The position numbers and the translations under genes are program-made. A stretch of 64,000 nucleotides of DNA, from contig OZ025684.1 in assembly GCA_964019335.1 (NCBI GenBank), positions 525,038 through 589,037 on the forward strand, given 5' to 3'. Positions within the stretch are counted from its first letter, which is position 1, and every line of letters begins with the position of its first letter. The DNA comes from Diplonema japonicum (lineage: Eukaryota > Protista > Euglenozoa: Diplonemea). The notes beneath the pieces were generated by a model that saw only the letters and a program-made list of their open reading frames with translations, did not search any database and had not been told where the DNA came from. This document shows positions 56,701 to 64,000 of this stretch, piece after piece.

Positions 56701-57301
56701 GGAAGCCTACGGCGACCACACCCACATCAGGAGCGAGGTTGTAGAATGGATGAAACACCGGGAGGAGCACTATGCCCCGTTTTGCAGTGAGGGTTGGGAC
56801 CGGTACTTGGAAGGGATGGGCACAGCAGCGACGTGGGGAGACCACTTGTGCCTGGCAGCCGCAGCACAAGCGTTTGGCCGCACGATACTCGTGGTTGCTG
56901 GGGGGAACAACCCAGTCCTGATGATAGGGGAGTACAACTCCGACCACGAGAAGGTGGTGGTGCTGGCGTACAACGGCAACCACTACGAGTATGCAGTCGG
57001 AGAGGAGGAGTCGATGATGATGCTCCTTGATGAGTCCCAATCGGTAGCTCTACAAAAGGCAGGTAAGCAACCCTCCGAGGCCCCGGGTGAGGACATCGGG
57101 GAGTGGGACATAATAGACCGTGCGATCCCTGGATACGGGAAGGCAGGGGTGTTGGACCAGATGGGGGCAAGGAACCAGCAATTCCTGTACTGTCCGGTGG
57201 CGAACTGCGCTAGGTCGAAGTGCAAAAGCACGACCCCGTTCAACTCGACAAGGGTATGGAAGTGTCACCTGGATGGGCACCTGGAGAGTGATGAGATCCC
57301 G
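53690..57301 (+). CDS. Polyprotein 5' part: AlkB 2OG-Fe(II) dioxygenase (~54090-54600), 111-141-bp repeats (~54690-55155), basic region, hydrophobic segments, Zn fingers, OTU protease (~56630-56995)
   Basis: AlkB: QYGY, NQVLVNKY, GIAAHKD, WTHHI, RVSITLR. OTU: DGNCMFHAL, WG, NHYE. C2H2: CRMEDC..HLNAVH. Confidence 0.88.
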
Positions 57302-57302
57302 A

Positions 57303-60300
57303 GAGAGCGTTCTGAGGAGACTGGACCTCGAGAGGTGCCTGGTGTGCAGGGGCTGTGTGTGGAAGGGTCAGGGGTGCCACGACGAGTGCAAAAAGGCGGT
57401 GCGAAGGGAAGGGGAATACACGACCCCCCCGCCGGCCCCGACGAGGACCGAGTTACCCAGCCTGGAAGCCATAGCCGCCATGAACGTCACGACCATGGGG
57501 TCGATCCCGACGAGCCTTCAAAGACTGTGGGGGCTTACCCTTAAGCACACTCTGGGCCGGGCGGTGAAGGACAACACAGAGGAGGCTTGGCTGCTGGTGG
57601 CGATGCTCCCCAAAGCCTGCCTGTGGAAGAAGAGGGGAGGGAAGAAGCGGGACAAGGAGACGGAGCTGAGTGTCCAGGCCAGATTGGAGGAGTGGGAGAA
57701 GGGAAATTACATGGCCCTCTGGAATAAGCTGGAATCAGGTGAGAAGGGGGAACCTAAGAACGACGAGGTCTCTAAGGTCGCCAGGGCCACGGAACTGTGC
57801 AGCAAAGGGAGGTTCTCGGCAGGAAACGCGGCGCTTGTAGCCCAGGGGCTGGCGGAAGACAATGAGGATTGCTGGAGAGCGCTGCAGAGCAAACATCCAG
57901 AGCCACTACACCCCCAATGGGACAACCCGGCGAAGACGAAGGAAGCGGTAGAAGTCTTGCCAGAAGAAGTGCTGGACGCAATCAGGGACTTCCCGAGGGG
58001 GACTGCTGCGGGACCGACTGGTCTGAGAGCCCAGCACATCAAGGACGCGGTGGACGGAGCTTTTGAGTCTCAAGGCTGTTTGATGTCGGTGACGAGGGCA
58101 GTCAACGCATTAGCTAGAGGCACGGCCCCTAGGGAGGTGGCTCCGCTGATGGCAGGGGCGAACCTTGTGGCCCTCAAGAAGAACGACAGGGACGTGCGGC
58201 CCATAGCCGTTGGGGATGTGCTGCGTCGGCTGGTGGGGAAATCCCTTGTGAAGAAGATCGCTCCGGAAGTGGCCTCTTCGTACCTGAAGAAAGGCGGCCA
58301 GGTGGGGGTATCGGTCCCTGCTGGAATGGAGGCGGCTATACACACCATCAGGCAGTATGTGGACAGGGAACGGGGCAACAAGCAGGAAAACAAGGTGATC
58401 CTCAAGATCGACTACGCCAACGCCTTCAACAGTGTTTGTCGGAGGCAGCTGTGCTCACAGGCCTATGAGCAAGCGTCGGGGCTGTATGCGTGGGCCGATT
58501 GGTGCTACAGGGTGCCCTCCCAATTATACTACAACGGAAAGGTGATTAAGTCCCAGGAAGGGGTGCAACAGGGGGACCCGATGGGACCGCTGCTGTTCTC
58601 TCTGGCCATCCAACCCCTGGTGAACAAGATAAGTGAAGACTGCAACCTGGACATCCTCCAGTTCTACCTGGACGATGGCGTCCTTGTGGGGAATGTGGAT
58701 GAAGTGAGAAAGGCGTACAACATCTTGTGTGAGCTGAGCGGAATGATAGGGCTGAAAGTGAAACCCCAGAAGTGCGAGCTCATATGGGTTAGTGGCGACC
58801 TCCCCCAGACAGTGGAGGACACAGGCTTCGATGGCCTGACAGAAGAGAATTTCCACAAAGAGAGGAACTTCATGCTCCTGGGGGCGCCGATAGGATCGCC
58901 GGAGTACACGCAAGCCTTTCTGAACAAACGCTTGGACGCGCTGGAAGAGAACTTCGACATGCTGACCAAGGTGGGGAGGCAGACAGGGTACACACTTCTC
59001 CGGTATTGCAGCTCATACAGCAAACTGGTGTTTTACATGAGAGTGGTCCCAGACTCGCATGTGGGAGGGGTCATGCACAGGTTCGACGAGATGGTGCGGA
59101 AGACGATGTCGAAGGTGTGCGGCATGCAGTTCGAGAACGGGTCGAAAGAATGGCAGCAGGCGAAACTGTCCGTAAAAGTCGGTGGGCTTGGGATGAGGAG
59201 CTGCCAGGAGCACCTGCGCGCGGCCAACATGGCTTCGAGGGCGTCGACGATGAAGCTGTGCAAGGAGCTGGATCCCAAATACGAACATGGGCTGGAAGGG
59301 GGTGTATGGGGGAGCTGGCTCGAGTGGTTCAACAGGACGAAGGGCGGCATGCAGATTACACCCGACATGGTGGCCAAGGCCCCCCACATCTGCAGCCAGA
59401 GGTGGCTCTCTAGGGTGCTTGATGAGAAGGCGCTGGAGGACCTCTTGGCGAAAGCAGATGCACGCTCGAGAGCGAGGTTGATGTCGGAGTCAATGCACTA
59501 TGCGGGAGCGTGGTTGACGGCGACGCCTGACTTCTACAACCAGCTGTCGGACAACGAGTTTGGGGCTCTGATCAAGTGGTGGTTGGGGGCTCCGGTCTAC
59601 AAGCAGGGTGAGAGCTGCCACGACCCGAGGTGCAAGACTGAGGGGATGGACGTATGGGGTGACCATGCCCAGGGATGCGGCAACGCCAGGATTGCGAGGC
59701 ACGACCGGGTGAAGGAGACCATCCACAGACACTGTCAGTGGGCCGGGGTGAGCGCAACGATGGAGAAGACGGGGCTGATCCCGGGGTCGTCCCAGCGCCC
59801 GGCGGACGTGTTCTTCCCAGGTGGGGTGGGGGGTTCCCGCCCAATGGCTATGGACGTGGTCATCGTGCACCCGAGGAACGAGTCTTGTGTCAACCAGGCG
59901 GCGAAGACTGCGGGATACGCAGCGGCGAAGGCGGAACACTACAAGCGCCAGAAGTATGAGGCGGAGCTCGCCAAGACACGCGTGGCCTTTGTACCTTTCG
60001 CGATGGAGACCTTTGGGGGGTTCGGGGAGGCAGCAGTCTACCTCACGAAGAAACTGTCCAGGAGCATAGCTGCGCGGGCTCACGGGGACAGAGTCTCGAT
60101 ACACAGGCGTGTGGTCCAAGAGGTGTCAACGGCCATGATGAGATCGATAGCAGGGGCGCTGTTAGTCAAAGGGCCTGTACAGTTGGATCCAGGGCCCCCG
60201 GTACCGGACGGCGAAGAGGAAAAAAAGGACAACGAGGAAGCGAACAACGAACCCAACACTGAATCCAACACTGACCTCACAGAGGACTCCTTCGGCAATG

Positions 60301-62252
60301 AAAAAACCACCGAAGCTGAGGAGTCGTCCGAGAGGGAAGTGAAGGGACAGGGAGGCGGACCCCCAATCACGGTGGCCCACCAGCTGGATGCCCTTCTGGA
60401 GCAGACGAAGAAGGACCTGGACGCCCGAATGCAGCAGCAGCGAAAGGCGGAACCGGTGGAGGGTGGAACACAAGGGAAAGCGGGAGCAGGACTCGAAGCA
60501 GCCTCGCCGGGAGGAGAAGACACGGAGATGGTCGGAACAGGATCCAGCGAGAGGGCTGGGCAGGGAGGGGAGCTTGACCCGAAGGCCCAGGAAGATGGGA
60601 AGAGACAAGGGGCGACTGACGCTGCGGTGAACCAGACCTTGGACCAGTGTCCTAAGGGGGATACGGAGGCCCAGAGGGACTCGAACAAGGGGGACCAGAG
60701 TGCGACAACTGCTACGAGGAAGATGACCGTGAGCGAATTCTGTAGGGAACAAGCTGCGAAGAGACAGGGCGGTGGGAGGACTCTGAAGCCGCAGGCGGAT
60801 GACGCCCCCGAAGGGACCAAAGAGGGCGGGAACGCACCGAGCGGAGGCAGCCAGTCGGGGCCTGACACACCTAGGGGTGGGATCCAGACGCCGGAGGGAG
60901 ATCAGCTGATGGGAGTCGGGGCACCGGAAAGGGAACAGCAGGTGGAAGTAGGGGGAGACTTCGTTCAGCTTGACCCGATTGATGTGGTGATGGGCATCCC
61001 AATTCCGAGAGCGATGGTGCCACTGAGGGCGAGGCCGGGGGACCGACTGCTCAAGTTCATCATCCAGTTCGAGGGCCGGGTGGAGATCATCCTTGAAGAA
61101 GGAACGGACCCTGGAAGGGAGAGGACTGAGGAGATGCTTCTTGCGAAGGCCGAGTCGCTGGGTGTTCCACTGGAGGTGGCTATGGCTGGCCAGATTGGTA
61201 TCGCTGGACTTGGATACATGATGGTAAAGCAGTACTTCGCAAGCTTGGAAGGTGGGTCGGACGGAGAGCGCCGCAGCCGCATTGTGGGTTGTGAGGTGCA
61301 GAAGTCGGAAACATACCGCGAGTTCGAGTTCCCGAGGACGGTCCAGGATTTCCAGATCACGTACGCGTGTGGGTGTTCGGCGGTGCAACCTGTTCGTTTC
61401 AAGGGTGGCGTGCTCAAGGGGACTCTGGAAACGGCATGGAGGGTGGTCAAGTTGCAGACCCGGGGGTGCAGACACCACCCGACACCGGGGAAGGAAGGGG
61501 TAGTGGGCATTGCGGCGGGAGCCGGCGCTACCAAGGTGACACTACGTGAGTTCTTGGAGAGGTGCGACGCAAGGATAAGGGCCCCAGTGGGAAAGGTCAA
61601 GGACCTGATCAAAGTGAAGGCGTGGGTGAGGGATGGAAGGAAGGTCACCCTCGACGTCTACGAGGGGAGGGGGCCCTGCGAGAAGGAGACGAGGCGCACT
61701 GTCCAGGACCATCTGCGGAAGATGGGTGTTGAAGAGGTCGACCTGCAGTCAGCGGTGGTGACGGTCCCGGGGTTGTTCGAGGACGTCTCCTTTGAGAGGT
61801 ACCTTGGGCTGTTGGCCCGGAAGAAGGAGGAAGACAGGGAGAGGCGGCCTGAGGTGGTTGCCACGGACCTCCCCACCCTGGAAGAGCTGAAGTGGAGCAA
61901 GAAGGACAAGAAGCGGGCCCGGGCCCGATCGGCCAGTACTGACTCGGATTGTGTGGAGGGTGGCTACATCTATCTGAAGGGTACGGGGGCGGATGGCACC
62001 GTGGTCGAAGCCAACATATGCAGGGGTGAGCTCAAGGGGATGACCGGGCCCCAGTTCAAGTTCTTGGCGGAGCACAGGTTGATGGAAGAGCTGGGGAGCG
62101 ACGACCTGGTGCGGGACACGGTCAAGGTGCGCAACAAGGAGAACTGGGCCCCGGTGAACAGTGCGGTGGCTTGGCTGCAGCTCGAGTCGGGGAGGGCACG
62201 GGTGGGGCCCATACCCCACAAGAAGAGGTCCAAAGGCTCGCTGGCCAGATAG
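57303..62252 (+). CDS. Polyprotein 3' part (+1 frame): Zn finger, reverse transcriptase, CCHC plus restriction-like endonuclease, ~690-aa C-terminal extension
   Basis: Uninterrupted frame; YLDD at 58665; knuckle/RLE ~59610-60160. Confidence 0.93.
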   Translation, partial: ESVLRRLDLERCLVCRGCVWKGQGCHDECKKAVRREGEYTTPPPAPTRTELPSLEAIAAMNVTTMGSIPTSLQRLWGLTLKHTLGRAVKDNTEEAWLLVAMLPKACLWKKRGGKKRDKETELSVQARLEEWEKGNYMALWNKLESGEKGEPKNDEVSKVARATELCSKGRFSAGNAALVAQGLAEDNEDCWRALQSKHPEPLHPQWDNPAKTKEAVEVLPEEVLDAIRDFPRGTAAGPTGLRAQHIKDAVDGAFESQGCLMSVTRAVNALARGTAPREVAPLMAGANLVALKKNDRDVRPIAVGDVLRRLVGKSLVKKIAPEVASSYLKKGGQVGVSVPAGMEAAIHTIRQYVDRERGNKQENKVILKIDYANAFNSVCRRQLCSQAYEQASGLYAWADWCYRVPSQLYYNGKVIKSQEGVQQGDPMGPLLFSLAIQPLVNKISEDCNLDILQFYLDDGVLVGNVDEVRKAYNILCELSGMIGLKVKPQKCELIWVSGDLPQTVEDTGFDGLTEENFHKERNFMLLGAPIGSPEYTQAFLNKRLDALEENFDMLTKVGRQTGYTLLRYCSSYSKLVFYMRVVPDSHVGGVMHRFDEMVRKTMSKVCGMQFENGSKEWQQAKLSVKVGGLGMRSCQEHLRAANMASRASTMKLCKELDPKYEHGLEGGVWGSWLEWFNRTKGGMQITPDMVAKAPHICSQRWLSRVLDEKALEDLLAKADARSRARLMSESMHYAGAWLTATPDFYNQLSDNEFGALIKWWLGAPVYKQGESCHDPRCKTEGMDVWGDHAQGCGNARIARHDRVKETIHRHCQWAGVSATMEKTGLIPGSSQRPADVFFPGGVGGSRPMAMDVVIVHPRNESCVNQAAKTAGYAAAKAEHYKRQKYEAELAKTRVAFVPFAMETFGGFGEAAVYLTKKLSRSIAARAHGDRVSIHRRVVQEVSTAMMRSIAGALLVKGPVQLDPGPPVPDGEEEKKDNEEANNEPNTESNTDLTEDSFGNEKTTEAEESSEREVKGQGGGPPITVAHQLDALLEQTKKDLDARMQQQRKAEPVEGGTQGKAGAGLEAASPGGEDTEMVGTGSSERAGQGGELDPKAQEDGKRQGATDAAVNQTLDQCPKGDTEAQRDSNKGDQSATTATRKMTVSEFCREQAAKRQGGGRTLKPQADDAPEGTKEGGNAPSGGSQSGPDTPRGGIQTPEGDQLMGVGAPEREQQVEVGGDFVQLDPIDVVMGIPIPRAMVPLRARPGDRLLKFIIQFEGRVEIILEEGTDPGRERTEEMLLAKAESLGVPLEVAMAGQIGIAGLGYMMVKQYFASLEGGSDGERRSRIVGCEVQKSETYREFEFPRTVQDFQITYACGCSAVQPVRFKGGVLKGTLETAWRVVKLQTRGCRHHPTPGKEGVVGIAAGAGATKVTLREFLERCDARIRAPVGKVKDLIKVKAWVRDGRKVTLDVYEGRGPCEKETRRTVQDHLRKMGVEEVDLQSAVVTVPGLFEDVSFERYLGLLARKKEEDRERRPEVVATDLPTLEELKWSKKDKKRARARSASTDSDCVEGGYIYLKGTGADGTVVEANICRGELKGMTGPQFKFLAEHRLMEELGSDDLVRDTVKVRNKENWAPVNSAVAWLQLESGRARVGPIPHKKRSKGSLAR

Positions 62253-62944
62253 GCCAGCGGGGGTGTGGGGGGCTGTTCTCCCCCCCCCCCCGCCATAGGA
62301 AGATGTGAAACTTTTTTTTTTTTTTTTCTGAGAAAAAAAAAAGGGAAAAATAAAAGAATAGGAACAGGTGCTACAACGGCCAGGCTAGATAGAACCACTT
62401 AGATTTTTTTTTTTTTTCCTTTTTTTTTTTTTTTCTTTTTGTTTTTCCTTTTTTTTTTTTTTTTTTTTTTTATTTTTCTGTTTTTCTTTTTCTTTTTCTT
62501 TTTGAAGTGGAACCATCTCGGTCGACGTTTTTTTTTTTTTTTTCTTTTTTCTTTTGTGGTGATGTGTTTTTCCTGTTTTTGATTTTCTTCTTCCCCCGCT
62601 CTATGCTTTTTCGCATGGACATTGGTCACTCTGCCCCTTTCCCCTTTTTTGATTCTCCCTCTTTCCCCCTCCTAAATTTTACCCCCTGCCCCACTCATTC
62701 CTCCCTAGTATGTTTTTGAATTTGCCTCTTCTTCTTTTAAGCCTTTTTTGAGATTTTTATTTTTGAATTTTTATCATTTGGAGTTGCTTCTTCTTCTTCC
62801 CCTCTCCCTCCCATAAAGAAAAAGAGAAACCCATGCCTTCCTCCCAGGTTGGAACTTGATTGTCTGTTTTGGAATATTTTTATTTTCTCTTAAGATTTAT
62901 CGTGCCTTGTGTGTCTTTTGAAGAAAAAAAAAAAAAAAAAAACA

Positions 62945-63086
62945 TTCTCAAGTCCCCCTTTTTATTTATTTTCTCAAGTCCCCCTTTTTATTTATTTTCT
63001 CAAGTCCCCCTTTTTATTTATTTTCTCAAGTCCCCCTTTTTATTTATTTTCTCAAGTCCCCCTTTTTATTTATTTTCTCAAGTCCC

Positions 63087-63094
<8 letters not shown>
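62945..63094. repeat. 26-bp perfect tandem repeat, about 5.8 copies, between two poly(A) tracts
   Basis: Unit ttctcaagtccccctttttatttatt at 62945, 62971, 62997, 63023, 63049, 63075. Confidence 0.95.
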
Positions 63095-63140
<46 letters not shown>

Positions 63141-63150
63141 CGTGGGTGGC

Positions 63151-64000
63151 ACCCGCAAACCCGCAAACCCGCAAACCCGCAAACCCGCAAACCCGCAAAC
63201 CCGCAAACCCGCAAACCCGCAAACCCGCAAACCCGCAAACCCGCAAACCCGCAAACCCGCAAACCCGCAAACCCGCAAACCCGCAAACCCGCAAACCCGC
63301 AAACCCGCAAACCCGCAAACCCGCAAACCCGCAAACCCGCAAACCCGCAAACCCGCAAACCCGCAAACCCGCAAACCCGCAAACCCGCAAACCCGCAAAC
63401 CCGCAAACCCGCAAACCCGCAAACCCGCAAACCCGCAAACCCGCAAACCCGCAAACCCGCAAACCCGCAAACCCGCAAACCCGCAAACCGCAAACCCGCA
63501 AACCCGCAAACCCGCAAACCCGCAAACCCGCAAACCCGCAAACCCGCAAACCCGCAAACCCGCAAACCCGCAAACCCGCAAACCCGCAAACCCGCAAACC
63601 CGCAAACCGCAAACCCGCAAACCCGCAAACCCGCAAACCCGCAAACCCGCAAACCCGCAAACCCGCAAACCCGCAAACCCGCAAACCCGCAAACCCGCAA
63701 ACCCGCAAACCCGCAAACCCGCAAACCCGCAAACCCGCAAACCCGCAAACCCGCAAACCCGCAAACCCGCAAACCCGCAAACCCGCAAACCCGCAAACCC
63801 GCAAACCCGCAAACCCGCAAACCCGCAAACCCGCAAACCCGCAAACCCGCAAACCCGCAAACCCGCAAACCCGCAAACCCGCAAACCCGCAAACCCGCAA
63901 ACCCGCAAACCCGCAAACCCGCAAACCCGCAAACCCGCAAACCCGCAAACCCGCAAACCCGCAAACCCGCAAACCCGCAAACCCGCAAACCCGCAAACCC
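63151..64000. repeat. (CCCGCAAA)n / (TTTGCGGG)n octamer array, about 106 copies, runs off the window; telomere-like
   Basis: Near-perfect 8-bp period with two single-C deletions (~63488 and ~63607). Confidence 0.97.

Larger units (their letters stand above)
53617..63138 (+). mobile_element. CRE/SLACS-clade non-LTR retrotransposon (RLE type) with AlkB and OTU domains; 3' end at ~62404 or at the poly(A) ending 63138; 5' end possibly 52751
   Basis: RT motifs RPIAVGDVLRRL, KIDYANAFNSV, GVQQGDPMGPLLF, YLDD, LLGAPIG; then GGLG, AGAWL, CCHC knuckle, RHD, RPADV..D..K.K.Y, FVPFAMETFGG (RLE). Confidence 0.93.

Noticed and set aside
62945-63094. CRISPR-like array next to an RT
   Set aside because: Head-to-tail repeats with no spacers, no cas genes, eukaryotic context; the same applies to the 50-bp minisatellite.
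63070-63996. Three ~300-aa ORFs (RVCGFAGL)n
   Set aside because: Translation of a stop-free octamer repeat.

Overview
Eukaryotic DNA, most likely from a diplonemid (Euglenozoa): it contains three copies of a spliced-leader (SL) exon, (A)ACCAACGATTCTAAAGCTACAGTTTCTGTACTTTATTG, whose 3' core matches the euglenozoan SL. The window has three zones. (1) 1-43 kb: about 22 host genes, all on the minus strand, mostly intronless but with several tiny (33-54 nt) GT-AG introns that I could reconstruct. They include an arylsulfatase, three alpha-carbonic anhydrases, two SGNH/PC-esterases, a GH38-like/DUF5054 protein, a Kelch-cytochrome b561 fusion, Cwf18, a CAP-Gly protein, two mucins, a cyclase-like protein, an EamA transporter, two alpha/beta hydrolases and the AP-1 mu subunit. 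(2) 44-52.7 kb: a decayed Ubl-LRR gene, retroelement fragments and a patchwork of inverted duplications whose substitutions are mostly CpG>TpG/CpA. (3) 52.7-64 kb: a plus-strand CRE/SLACS-clade non-LTR retrotransposon headed by SL exon copies. It encodes a ~2,850-aa polyprotein (one +1 frameshift) with the order AlkB dioxygenase, hydrophobic segments, Zn fingers, OTU protease, Zn fingers, RT, CCHC/RLE endonuclease and a ~690-aa unknown tail. It is followed by a 26-bp tandem repeat, poly(A) and at least 850 bp of (CCCGCAAA)n. This SL-associated AlkB+OTU retroelement is the best candidate for an undescribed system. All family calls are motif recognition by eye; no searches were run.
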